A stretch of DNA of 64,000 nucleotides, from the NCBI GenBank assembly GCA_017550035.1, contig JAFYLS010000079.1, positions 1,925 through 65,924 of the forward strand. The letters are read 5' to 3'. A model generated the notes under the pieces. It did no database searches. It was not told where the DNA came from and saw nothing but the letters and a program-made list of their open reading frames with translations. The stretch is from Clostridia bacterium (GTDB lineage Bacteria > Bacillota > Clostridia > Christensenellales > Aristaeellaceae). The position numbers and the translations under genes are program-made. Positions 17,367 through 25,998 of this stretch are shown here, in pieces (positions within the stretch are counted from its first letter, which is position 1; the number at the start of each line of letters is the position of its first letter).

Positions 17367-18680
17367 TTATACTTGTACAGGATCGAGTCCCAGAGAGAAG
17401 AACTGATTGGGATTATTGTAGAACCAATCCAAAGCAATTGCCTTTGCCTGAGAAAGGGTGAGCCAGCCGGTATCACACAATTGTGCCAATGCGTATGCTA
17501 CATTGTCTTTTGTCAGAGACAAATATCCAGCCAGCCATTCGGGATGGGAAGTATCTGCACCAAAGGCCATGATTTTGCTGTGGGGAACGGTCATTACACA
17601 ACGCTTCATCAATTCTATGGTGTAAATGGGATCAATAACCTGTGCCCAGCACAAATCAAGATAAACATTTGGAAAATTTTTACCCAGGAAAAGGTATTCA
17701 TCCATATATGGCCAGTTGGCATGGAGCAAAGAGAAACGCACATCGGTATGCATTTCCAAAGTGGGAACCAGATTGATGGCATTAGCTTTGCGTACATCAT
17801 TACGCGTGGATGCCATATGACCGGTATGAAGCTGAATGGGCAAGTCGTATTCTGCTGCTTTGCGGAGAGCGTGGTGGAAGAGATAGTCTTCAAAAGGACG
17901 TACATCTGCGTCGCTGTAAACAGTTCTCTGGTGGAAAACAAGTTCGTTGAAAGCTTTGTCTGCCTCTGCTTTGGTAGGATGTGTGAAATCCAGTGTCCTG
18001 CGATATGCATTCAAATCCTTCAAACAAACAACGCCATATGCCCTGCAGATATCGAAATAGCGGTCAAAGGCTTTCAGATAATCATCCAGACAGGTAATGG
18101 TACGGCCGAGGATGCTTTGAGCATTCATGAGATGTTCTTTTGTGTGAATGTTACGCCACTGAGACATGTGGAAAGTAAAGCGGCTCAGAGAGGAATGTGG
18201 AATGGAGGCGTTCATGTAATTATCCAGATCACCGCGATCAGCAATCTGGGCCTTGATGTGGCAGTCTTTCATGACCTTGTCATATATGGCGGCGTTGCGT
18301 TGTGAGAATGCATCGGCAAACTGGGAGAAACCATCCCATGTACCAATATCTTTCACACCATAACACAATCTGATTCCTTCCTGGACAGCACGTGCATATG
18401 CGGTGTGACAGGAATCATGCCAATATTTCTGGAAAATGTCGTATCTTTTCTGAAGTGGTAAATCATGCGGAATTGGACGGAAAAAATCAAAATCACCTTT
18501 ACCCGTCACTTTCTCTCCACCAGCTGTATAAAAGTCGCCCAGATAGAAAGTATCCATAATGAAGTCCAGGGGATCATTAGCTGGCATAAATGTAGCAAAA
18601 TGATCATGGGTATCAATGACCGGAATGTTTTCCAGGTATTCACGGATGGTTCGGAAATTCACGCTGTTCAGCTGATACAT
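17367..18680 (-). CDS. amidohydrolase-superfamily (TIM-barrel metal-dependent hydrolase) protein
   Basis: 437 aa. The N-terminal metal-binding signature is PVIDTHDHF, with later HTGH and HANWPY blocks. AGGAGG lies 7 nt upstream. First gene of the operon. Confidence 0.7.
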   Translation of the reverse strand: MYQLNSVNFRTIREYLENIPVIDTHDHFATFMPANDPLDFIMDTFYLGDFYTAGGEKVTGKGDFDFFRPIPHDLPLQKRYDIFQKYWHDSCHTAYARAVQEGIRLCYGVKDIGTWDGFSQFADAFSQRNAAIYDKVMKDCHIKAQIADRGDLDNYMNASIPHSSLSRFTFHMSQWRNIHTKEHLMNAQSILGRTITCLDDYLKAFDRYFDICRAYGVVCLKDLNAYRRTLDFTHPTKAEADKAFNELVFHQRTVYSDADVRPFEDYLFHHALRKAAEYDLPIQLHTGHMASTRNDVRKANAINLVPTLEMHTDVRFSLLHANWPYMDEYLFLGKNFPNVYLDLCWAQVIDPIYTIELMKRCVMTVPHSKIMAFGADTSHPEWLAGYLSLTKDNVAYALAQLCDTGWLTLSQAKAIALDWFYNNPNQFFSLGLDPVQV

Positions 18681-18758
18681 CTTTATCCCTCCTGGTATTT
18701 TGATGGAATCTGCAAAAACTTATTGTAAACATGTGATGAAATACTCGATTTGTTAAGC

Positions 18759-18823
18759 AAAGTATACATTATGGAGTTTTAAATGACGATTAAAGTATAC
18801 AATAATGTAAATATGGATGTCAA
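18759..18823 (-). promoter_or_regulatory. operon promoter with two GTATAC operators
   Basis: On the minus strand: TTGACA (18823-18818), 18 nt, TATACT (18799-18794). ATTGTATACTTT (18803-18792) overlaps the -10 element. AATGTATACTTT (18770-18759) lies downstream. Confidence 0.55.
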
Positions 18824-18883
18824 TACAATTATGAAATTTTTTGCATGGACGCATGAAGAAAACAGGAGTCGTGGGGATAAGCG

Positions 18884-18910
18884 CAAAAAAAGCAGCGTGG
18901 GTCGCTGCTT
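18884..18910 (-). terminator. orphan minus-strand terminator hairpin
   Basis: agcagcg-tgggt-cgctgct, with an A6 run on the plus strand (a T-run on the minus strand). No minus-strand gene upstream of it. Confidence 0.45.
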
Positions 18911-19142
18911 TATTATGAGGATATGACTGGTATGTTGGAAACCGCTTGCTTAAATCTTTCGATAGTAGTATACTTGATAAGGAAAATAGCTTCGTAACTT
19001 ATGCCATGCAAAGAGAACAGAGAGCAGGTAGCGTGATTACAGTGGGCGCCGGCAGGTAAAATGGTTGTCAATTGGCAGTCAGATTATGTGCTAGGAGGGC
19101 TGAATGTGGTATGGAATAAGGGTTTGTATGAGAGATAGGAGT

Positions 19143-19189
19143 GGTCTCCAAAACCTTTGTTCTGGGTTCGAGTCCTAGTGCCCCTGCCA
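19143..19189 (+). tRNA. tRNA-Trp(CCA) 3' fragment (anticodon loop through CCA end); the 5' half is absent
   Basis: GGTCTCCAAAACCTTTGTTCTGGGTTCGAGTCCTAGTGCCCCTGCCA has the CUCCAAA anticodon loop, a CTGGG-TTCGAGT-CCTAG T-arm, acceptor 3' strand TGCCCCT, discriminator G and CCA. The required 5' strand AGGGGCA and a D-arm cannot be found upstream. Confidence 0.7.
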
Positions 19190-19190
19190 C

Positions 19191-19223
19191 ACAGTCGATT
19201 TCGCAAGGAATCGACTGTTTTTG
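19191..19223 (+). terminator. rho-independent terminator directly after the tRNA fragment
   Basis: acagtcgatt-tcgcaagg-aatcgactgt is a perfect 10-bp stem, followed by TTTTT. Confidence 0.85.
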
Positions 19224-19268
19224 TATATTCTTCACGATTGGTGTTATTCTGCAGCAAAGGAGATTTCT

Positions 19269-19868
19269 ATGAAGAATACGATGGATTTTTATGATAAAAC
19301 CGCTGCGGATTGGGCCGAGACAGGCTATAACAATCCTTCCGATGTTCCTTCGATGTTTGATTTCGCCATAGAATATCCTCAAGGCAGCCGCTTTCTGGAT
19401 TTATGCTGCGGCTGCGGGTATGAAACCATGCGTTTGCATGCCCTCGGATACGACGTTGTTGGCATTGATTTCAGCAGCAACAGCATTGCAATTGCCAGGG
19501 AAAAGAATCCTGAAATGATCTTTTATGAAGACAATTTGTTGAATGACTATTCCTACATTGGCAAAGTAGATGCTGTTTTTGTAATTGCCGGTCTTGTACA
19601 CATTGAAGAAAATCAGCTTCCGCAGGCTTTCCGACAAATACATCGCGTTCTGAATCCTGATGGCCGGGCCTTTATTACCGTTTATGAAGGGCATGGTAAA
19701 ATGATCAAGAGAAGCTTGAAAATGATTGATGGTGAAGAGTACGACAGAAACTTTATCGGACACACATTGAATGATCTGATTTGTGCGGCTGAACCATTGT
19801 TTGCTTTTGAACGCGAAGTTGATTATGATGGAACTGAATGGCACAATTATATATTCCGCGCTTTATAA
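19269..19868 (+). CDS. class I SAM-dependent methyltransferase
   Basis: AdoMet motif FLDLCCGCGYETMRLHALGYDVVGIDFS. AAGGAG lies upstream of ATG 19269 (the track ORF starts at 19221). Confidence 0.85.
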   Translation: MKNTMDFYDKTAADWAETGYNNPSDVPSMFDFAIEYPQGSRFLDLCCGCGYETMRLHALGYDVVGIDFSSNSIAIAREKNPEMIFYEDNLLNDYSYIGKVDAVFVIAGLVHIEENQLPQAFRQIHRVLNPDGRAFITVYEGHGKMIKRSLKMIDGEEYDRNFIGHTLNDLICAAEPLFAFEREVDYDGTEWHNYIFRAL

Positions 19869-20116
19869 TGTTCAAACAACTGCCTGCGTAAGAGCGTTTC
19901 CAGAAAAGGAAGGGCTCTTTTTTCGGCTATTACTGCAAGCGGCGTTTGAGATGCATGGCAAATGCAAGGATTTACGATTGATAGCCGGGAATAAAGCACA
20001 TTCCTGACAGTCTCTGGAGCAAGAGGGGGAGTAACTTTCATCGACTTATCGCCGCATAAATGCGTATAAATGCAGGGCGCAATATGGATATGAATAAAAT
20101 ATTCTTAAGGAAAGAA

Positions 20117-20145
20117 TTGAAATTAGCCATGCGCTATGGTAGAAT
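20117..20145 (+). promoter_or_regulatory. candidate deoC promoter
   Basis: TTGAAA (20117-20122), 17 nt, TAGAAT (20140-20145). Confidence 0.45.
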
Positions 20146-20200
20146 AATTTGGAAAAGCGCACATTTTAAGCATAGTACATACAGACAAGGAGAGCACAAC

Positions 20201-20887
20201 ATGAACATCAATGAAATTCTTGCAAAATGCGATCATACTCTGCTGGGTCAGGCCTCTACCTGGGCGGATATCAAAGCGATTTGCGACGACGGCATGAAGT
20301 ACGCCACCGCTTCTGTGTGCATCCCCGCTTCTTTTGTCAAGCAGGCAAAAGAGTATGTGGGCGAAAAGCTGGCGATCTGCACGGTAATTGGTTTCCCCAA
20401 CGGCTATGCAACCACTGCCGCCAAGTGCTTCATGACCAGTGATGCTGTGGACAACGGTGCGGACGAAGTGGATATGGTCATCAATATCGGCTGGGCGAAG
20501 GAAGGCAAGTGGGAAGAAATCACTGCTGAAATTGCCGCTATTAAGAAAGCCTGCAAGGGCAAGCTGCTGAAGGTCATCATTGAAACCTGTCTGCTGACGG
20601 ATGAAGAAAAGATTGCCCTGTGCAAGTGCGTTTCCGATTCTGGTGCCGACTATATCAAGACCTCCACCGGTTTCTCCACTGCCGGCGCTACCTTTGCCGA
20701 TGTGGAACTGTTCGCCAAGCATGTGGCTCCCCATGTGAAGATTAAGGCTGCCGGCGGTATCTCCAGCATTGAAGATGCTGAAAAGTTCATCGAACTGGGC
20801 GCTTCCCGTCTGGGTACCTCCCGTATTGTGAAGATTGCCAAGGCACTGGAAGCCGGCAAGGTAGCTGCCAACGACGGCACCTATTGA
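20201..20887 (+). CDS. deoC: deoxyribose-phosphate aldolase
   Basis: [17 protein letters not shown]..., [33 protein letters not shown] (Schiff-base Lys) and KAAGGI. AAGGAGAG RBS upstream of ATG 20201. Confidence 0.93.
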   Translation: MNINEILAKCDHTLLGQASTWADIKAICDDGMKYATASVCIPASFVKQAKEYVGEKLAICTVIGFPNGYATTAAKCFMTSDAVDNGADEVDMVINIGWAKEGKWEEITAEIAAIKKACKGKLLKVIIETCLLTDEEKIALCKCVSDSGADYIKTSTGFSTAGATFADVELFAKHVAPHVKIKAAGGISSIEDAEKFIELGASRLGTSRIVKIAKALEAGKVAANDGTY

Positions 20888-20903
20888 TCTAAGGTTTTTC
20901 CTG

Positions 20904-20935
20904 GGTACGCAGTATATGATGCTGCGTACCTTTTT
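20904..20935 (+). terminator. deoC terminator
   Basis: ggtacgcag-tatatgatg-ctgcgtacc followed by TTTTT. Confidence 0.8.
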
Positions 20936-21072
20936 GATTTGCGCCGGTCGTACAAATGAATACTTCCGGCGGTGTGTAAGTGTCAAAAATAAGGTATGTG
21001 TTGACAAATGTAGATTATTGATATAACATGCTGAAGGCTGCTTGATACAGCCAATGGAGATTATGGAAAGCT

Positions 21073-21873
21073 GTGGAGAAAATGTTGAAAGAATTTTTGG
21101 GAATTGGCGGATATACGCGTGAGGCAGAGGGCTTTATGTCCTGGCAGCACCTGACGTTTGTATCTGCATTGATGCTGTGTATGACCGCTATGGCGGTGCT
21201 TGCTGCCAGAAGTACGCGGGGTCAAGATATGCGTGCCCATAACCGCGTGCTGATGATTGCAGCGATCGTGATGGATTCGGTGGAATTGATCAAGATCACG
21301 CTGATGTGCACGCTGGGCGGTGATCCGATGGCGTGGCTGCATGCGCTGCCGCTGTATCTGTGCAGTATTCAGTTTATTACGCTGCCGCTGGCTGCTTTTG
21401 CACGGGGCAGGGTAAAGGAAGCGGCAATCGATTTTGTCTGTATGTTTGGTTTGCTGGGTGCCGTGCTGGGAACCTATTGCGCAGGCAATAATTATGCCTG
21501 CTATCCTGTGCTCTCGCTGGATAATGTGGTTTCCGGTATTACCCATTCCGCAGCTGGTTTCGCAGCGCTGTATATTATGATGACCGGTATTGCAGGCATG
21601 AAGAAGCGCAATATGTGGATCGCCTACGTGATTATGCTTTTCTTCTGTGTGGCAGCCTACGGCGTCAATATGGTTCTGGATACAAACTACATGTTCCTGA
21701 TGCGGGGCGACGGTACGCCGTACGATATTCTGTATAATCTGGTTTCGGGCAGCCGTGTACTGTATCCGCTTGGTGTTATGGGTCTATTTGCGGTGTATAT
21801 CGCGCTGGCTTACGGTGCAGTGGCTTACATTCGCAGGCATCGAACCTGTTATGTGCATGTAACGGAATGCTGA
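21073..21873 (+). CDS. polytopic integral membrane protein (possibly YwaF/TIGR02206-like)
   Basis: 266 aa with about 7 hydrophobic segments. The family assignment is only a weak recollection and the start codon is uncertain. Confidence 0.55.
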   Translation: MEKMLKEFLGIGGYTREAEGFMSWQHLTFVSALMLCMTAMAVLAARSTRGQDMRAHNRVLMIAAIVMDSVELIKITLMCTLGGDPMAWLHALPLYLCSIQFITLPLAAFARGRVKEAAIDFVCMFGLLGAVLGTYCAGNNYACYPVLSLDNVVSGITHSAAGFAALYIMMTGIAGMKKRNMWIAYVIMLFFCVAAYGVNMVLDTNYMFLMRGDGTPYDILYNLVSGSRVLYPLGVMGLFAVYIALAYGAVAYIRRHRTCYVHVTEC

Positions 21874-21896
21874 CGGATCGAGCGTAAAGTTTAAGT

Positions 21897-21933
21897 AGCG
21901 GCAGGATCGAATATGATCCTGCTGCTTTCTTTT
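21897..21933 (+). terminator. rho-independent terminator
   Basis: agcggcaggatc-gaatat-gatcctgctgct followed by ttctttt. Confidence 0.75.
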
Positions 21934-21980
21934 ATATGAGAGAACCTTGATTGAATCGAGCTGACTTTTGTGCACAAACA

Positions 21981-22009
21981 TTGACTATGGTAAGTAACTG
22001 CGCTATAAT
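21981..22009 (+). promoter_or_regulatory. near-consensus sigma-A promoter for the B12-riboswitch leader
   Basis: TTGACT (21981-21986), 17 nt, TATAAT (22004-22009). Confidence 0.7.
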
Positions 22010-22089
22010 CAATAACGACAAATGAATAGCCGGTGTATCTGCGCAGCGATGCGCGGTGCTGAAACTGTCGGATAAGCAGTCTGCTTTTT

Positions 22090-22255
22090 TCGCAGCACAG
22101 CGCCATAGGAATCGGATGAAAATTCCGGGCTATCCCAGTAACCGTGAAGCCGACGAACGTGCAAGGGCAGTTGCCTGAAACACCACTGCGAAAGCGGGAA
22201 GGTGCACAAGTAGAATGAAGCCAAGCCGGGAGACTTGTTTACACCGTGAAAAAAT
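22090..22255 (+). promoter_or_regulatory. cobalamin (B12) riboswitch aptamer
   Basis: AGGAAUCGGAUGAAAAUUCCGGGC...CCCAGUAACCGUGAA core, ACCACUGCGAAAGCGGGAAGGUG, and B12-box-like AAGCCGGGAGACUUG. Located upstream of a BtuF-like binding protein. Confidence 0.75.
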
Positions 22256-22431
22256 CATTCCCCTGGGGGTGGGCATGCTATTGGGCTGAAGCTTTTTGCG
22301 TACGGCAAAATTTTGCTGCTGCGGAAAAAGCGGCTTGCCTGATTGGTGTTCCTCAGGGAGGGGCACTGTTTTTATTTGCGAAAACATCCTCTCCAGCTGA
22401 TTCATTTGATCTATATTGAGGAGGGACTGTT

Positions 22432-23343
22432 ATGTCCAAAAAGATCGTTTCCCTGTTCCTGGTTCTGCTGATGTGCATCGGCATGTGCAATGCTGCCATT
22501 GCACAAGATGCCGCCGTCTCCGTGACGGATATGTACGGTCGCGAAATCGTGCTGGATGAGCCGGCAAAACGCATCATTGCCATGACGCCGGCAGACTGCG
22601 AAATTCTGTGCGCCATTGGCTGCGAGGATTTACTGGTGGCACGCGGCGAATATTGCGATTATCCGGAAAGCATTCTGGCGCTGCCTTCCCTGACGACCGG
22701 CGGCAATCTGAATGTGGAAGAAATTCTGGCGCTTGAGCCTCAGGTGATCCTCATGGGCGACATGAACCAGAGTGCTGAGCAGGTGCAGCAGCTGGAGGAC
22801 AACGGCGTCAAGGTGGTTGTAAGCCAGAGTACGGATATTGAGGGCGTTTATACCGCGATCCGCATGATCAGTGCGCTGGTTGGAAAAACGGATGCAGGCG
22901 AACAAGTAATTGCTGACATGCAGAATACTTTCACTGCCATTTCCGAACTGTGCGAAAAAAGCGATAAGACCATCTACTTTGAAGTAATGCCGCTGGAATG
23001 GGGTCTCTGGACTGCCGGTGCACAAACCTTCATGCATGAACTGGCGCATGTGTGCGGCATGGAAAATGCTTTTGCCGATCTCATCGACTGGCAGCCTATC
23101 AGCCAGGAGCAGGTGATCGAGCGGGATCCGGACTACATTGTGCTGGTGACCGGGATGGGGGAAACGGCTGCGGATGAAGTGCTTTCCCGCGATGGCTGGG
23201 AAGATATGAAAGCTGTGCAGAATAAGCTGGTTTTCAATGCGGATTCCTATGCTATGACCCGTCCGGGCCCCCGTCTTGCACAAAGTGCCATTGATCTGTA
23301 TGAATTCCTGTATAATACGGAATTTGTTGAAGCGGCGGAATAA
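22432..23343 (+). CDS. cobalamin/siderophore-type ABC substrate-binding lipoprotein (BtuF/FecB-like)
   Basis: The signal peptide has the lipobox-like LMCIGMC. The PBP type 2 pattern includes KRIIAMTPADCEILCAIG and DPDYIVLV. Riboswitch context. Confidence 0.8.
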   Translation: MSKKIVSLFLVLLMCIGMCNAAIAQDAAVSVTDMYGREIVLDEPAKRIIAMTPADCEILCAIGCEDLLVARGEYCDYPESILALPSLTTGGNLNVEEILALEPQVILMGDMNQSAEQVQQLEDNGVKVVVSQSTDIEGVYTAIRMISALVGKTDAGEQVIADMQNTFTAISELCEKSDKTIYFEVMPLEWGLWTAGAQTFMHELAHVCGMENAFADLIDWQPISQEQVIERDPDYIVLVTGMGETAADEVLSRDGWEDMKAVQNKLVFNADSYAMTRPGPRLAQSAIDLYEFLYNTEFVEAAE

Positions 23344-23409
23344 GCATGCTTTGTTCGGGGAGCCTCTTATGGCTCCCCGCTTTCAAAAAACAAGGTGTAG
23401 AATAATCAT

Positions 23410-24441
23410 ATGAAAAAGAAAACGGATCATTTTTCCTGGTGGATGTATGCACTGTATGCACTTATTTTGGCGGCTGTGATGCTGCTGTGCATCTGCGTGG
23501 GCAGCGTGAATATCCCGCTGAAGAATACGCTGACTGTTATGTGGAATACGCTGTGGGGGCTGGAATTGCCGCAGGGTGTTTCAAAAAACATTATTCTCAA
23601 AGTCCGCTTGCCCCGTGTGATGAATGTGGCGCTGGTGGGTGCGTGTCTTTCTCTGTGCGGCGCAGCCATGCAGGGATTGCTCCGCAATCCGCTGGCTGAC
23701 GGCACGACTTTGGGTGTGTCCTCCGGCGCATCGCTGGGGGCTGTGATTGCGCTGGCTTTCGGCGTTGCACTTCCGGGCATGGAGAATGCGGGGACGGTGG
23801 GTATGGCCATTGTGTTTGCCTTCCTTTCTCTGTTGCTGATTTTATCGCTTTCCTATGTGCTGGACCGCTCGATGTCCACCCATTCCATCATTCTGATTGG
23901 CGTTATTTTTTCCATGTTCACATCCAGTGCTATGAACCTTATTATCACCTTTGCGCAGGAACAGGTGAAATCCATTGTGTTCTGGACCATGGGTTCGCTT
24001 TCCGGAACCCATTACAGGCATTCTCTGCTGCTGGCTGCAGGGCTGCTTGTATGCGGCGGCATCATCTTTGGCCATGCGCGGGAACTGAATGCTTTTGCCG
24101 TGGGGGAAGATAATGCCCGTCATATTGGCGTAAATGTAATCAAAGTGAAACTGACCATTCTCATTGCTGTTTCGGTGCTGATTGGCATTTGCGTATCAGT
24201 CAGCGGCACCATTGGTTTTGTGGGACTGGTCATGCCCCATATGACCCGGATGGTAGTGGGGCCGAATCATAAACGGCTGCTGGTTTCTTCCGTGTTTTCG
24301 GGCGCTGTTTTTCTGATGCTGGCCGATCTGGCGGCACGTACATTGCTCAGTCCTGTTGAACTTTCCATTGGCGTTGTAACATCGCTGGTGGGGGCAGTGG
24401 CGTTTATCATTATTTTTTACAGAACACGGAAGGCGGGGTGA
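23410..24441 (+). CDS. FecCD-family ABC permease (BtuC-like)
   Basis: 343 aa with about 9-10 TM segments, plus the characteristic LRNPLADGTTLGVSSGASLGAV and GFVGLVMPHMTR blocks. Confidence 0.9.
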   Translation: MKKKTDHFSWWMYALYALILAAVMLLCICVGSVNIPLKNTLTVMWNTLWGLELPQGVSKNIILKVRLPRVMNVALVGACLSLCGAAMQGLLRNPLADGTTLGVSSGASLGAVIALAFGVALPGMENAGTVGMAIVFAFLSLLLILSLSYVLDRSMSTHSIILIGVIFSMFTSSAMNLIITFAQEQVKSIVFWTMGSLSGTHYRHSLLLAAGLLVCGGIIFGHARELNAFAVGEDNARHIGVNVIKVKLTILIAVSVLIGICVSVSGTIGFVGLVMPHMTRMVVGPNHKRLLVSSVFSGAVFLMLADLAARTLLSPVELSIGVVTSLVGAVAFIIIFYRTRKAG

Positions 24442-25202
24442 AAAGCATGCTGAAGGGTGAACATGTTACCGTGCGCTATGGTGACCATACGGTAGTAAAC
24501 GACCTTTCTTTTCATCTGCGTGAAGGAATGTGGCTGATGCTGGCAGGCCCGAATGGAGCTGGAAAAAGTTCCCTGATTCATGCGGTTTCACAGGGCGTGC
24601 CTTACGGCGGCGTAATCACTTTGGAAGGAAAGGATGTACGCCGGTATAAACCCACACAGCTGGCTCAGAAGATCGGCGTGCTGTCTCAGAAAAACAATGT
24701 GGGGTACGCATTCAGCGTGGAAGAAGTGGTAAGTCTTGGCCGATATGCGCATGCACGCGGTTTTCTTGCGGGAAAGGATGAACAAGGCGACGCGCAGGTA
24801 GAATATGCATTGGAACTGACCGGGCTGACCGGTTTGAGAAAAGCCAATGCATTAAAGCTCTCGGGCGGGGAAATGCAGCGCATGTTTCTGGCACAGGTGT
24901 TTGCTCAGGATCCGTCCATTCTGATTCTGGACGAACCTGCCAACCATCTGGATCTGGTGTATCAGAAGCACATTTTTTCGCTGATCAGCGAATGGCTGAA
25001 GACGCCCGGCCGTGCGGTGCTTTCTGTGGTGCACGATCTGAATCTGGCAAAAAAATACGGTACGCATGCCGTGCTGATGAATAATGGCAGCTGTGTTGCA
25101 CAGGGTGAACTTGCACAGGTGCTGACGCCGCAAAACCTGCAAACGGTGTACAACATGGATGTATACGGCTGGATGCGGGAAATGCTGGCACAGTGGCAGT
25201 GA
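24438..25202 (+). CDS. ABC transporter ATP-binding protein (BtuD/FepC-like)
   Basis: Walker A GPNGAGKSS, signature LSGGEMQR, Walker B ILILDEP. The start overlaps the permease stop. Confidence 0.9.
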   Translation: MKSMLKGEHVTVRYGDHTVVNDLSFHLREGMWLMLAGPNGAGKSSLIHAVSQGVPYGGVITLEGKDVRRYKPTQLAQKIGVLSQKNNVGYAFSVEEVVSLGRYAHARGFLAGKDEQGDAQVEYALELTGLTGLRKANALKLSGGEMQRMFLAQVFAQDPSILILDEPANHLDLVYQKHIFSLISEWLKTPGRAVLSVVHDLNLAKKYGTHAVLMNNGSCVAQGELAQVLTPQNLQTVYNMDVYGWMREMLAQWQ

Positions 25203-25234
25203 GCATGTAGCATTATCTCAGAAGGGAAGATATC

Positions 25235-25831
25235 ATGGAAAAGAAGGTTGTGTATGTCGAACCGGAAGACTATTTTCCCAAAGAAGCGCTTCAGGCGGCT
25301 CAGCAGGATATGATGTTTGAAACGGACAGACTACTTCTGCGCAAAATAGCACAGGTTGATTTTGAAGACTGGTATGCCATTTTGTCCGATGCGGAAACCA
25401 TGAAGCATTATCCTGCTCCTTATGACGCCGACGGCGTACAGCGGTGGATTGACTGGACGCTGAAGAATTATGAACAGTACGGTTTTGGTCTGTGGGCAGT
25501 AATTCTGCAGGAAACAGGCGAGTTCATTGGCGACTGCGGCATTACCATGCAGAACATCCACGGTCAAATGCTGCCGGAAATCGGCTATCATATCAACAAA
25601 AAGCATTGGCGCAAGGGCTATGCCTCGGAAGCGGCGAGAAAGTGCATGGAATATGCCTTTGAAACACTGGGATTTTCTGCGGTGTATTCCTATATGTCGG
25701 CGGATAATGCGGCTTCCTATGGTGTGGCGCTGAAAAACGGCATGCATTTTGTGGAAGAATACACGGACGAGCACCATGACTGCACAAAGGTGTATGCCAT
25801 GAAGCGGGAAGAGTGGAAGTCCGTGCGATAA
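25235..25831 (+). CDS. GNAT-family N-acetyltransferase (RimJ/RimL-like)
   Basis: GDCGI...IGYHINKKHWRKGYASEAARKCMEYAF acetyl-CoA-binding pattern. Confidence 0.8.
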   Translation: MEKKVVYVEPEDYFPKEALQAAQQDMMFETDRLLLRKIAQVDFEDWYAILSDAETMKHYPAPYDADGVQRWIDWTLKNYEQYGFGLWAVILQETGEFIGDCGITMQNIHGQMLPEIGYHINKKHWRKGYASEAARKCMEYAFETLGFSAVYSYMSADNAASYGVALKNGMHFVEEYTDEHHDCTKVYAMKREEWKSVR

Positions 25832-25854
25832 AACAGGCTGCTCTATGAATCTAA

Positions 25855-25884
25855 AACGTCCTGCATTTGCAAGGGCGTTTTTTG
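25855..25884 (+). terminator. rho-independent terminator
   Basis: aacgtcct...agggcgtt stem followed by a T-run. Confidence 0.55.
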
Positions 25885-25998
25885 ATGCCTTTAGGTGTCA
25901 TAATCTGCGTCTTTTCAAGCTGCACATTCTATACTATAATGCAAGCGGATGATCAGTAAATGCTGCGCCGCAAGGCGAATGAAGGAAGGATACATACG

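Noticed and set aside
19118-19189. A complete but unusual tRNA gene
   Set aside because: The best 5' strand candidate (AAGGGTT) mispairs at 2 of 7 positions. Only 16 nt remain for positions 8-26, and no D-stem can be drawn. I therefore call it a 3' fragment.
18830-19189. tmRNA (ssrA) ending in the tRNA-like 3' end
   Set aside because: The 3' end has a tRNA-Trp anticodon loop and a G discriminator instead of the tmRNA ...CCACCA end. There is no GGGG...UUCGAC 5' end or tag reading frame upstream.
19068-19382. 104-aa minus-strand ORF
   Set aside because: It runs antisense through the tRNA fragment, its terminator and the methyltransferase start. It has no RBS or motifs.
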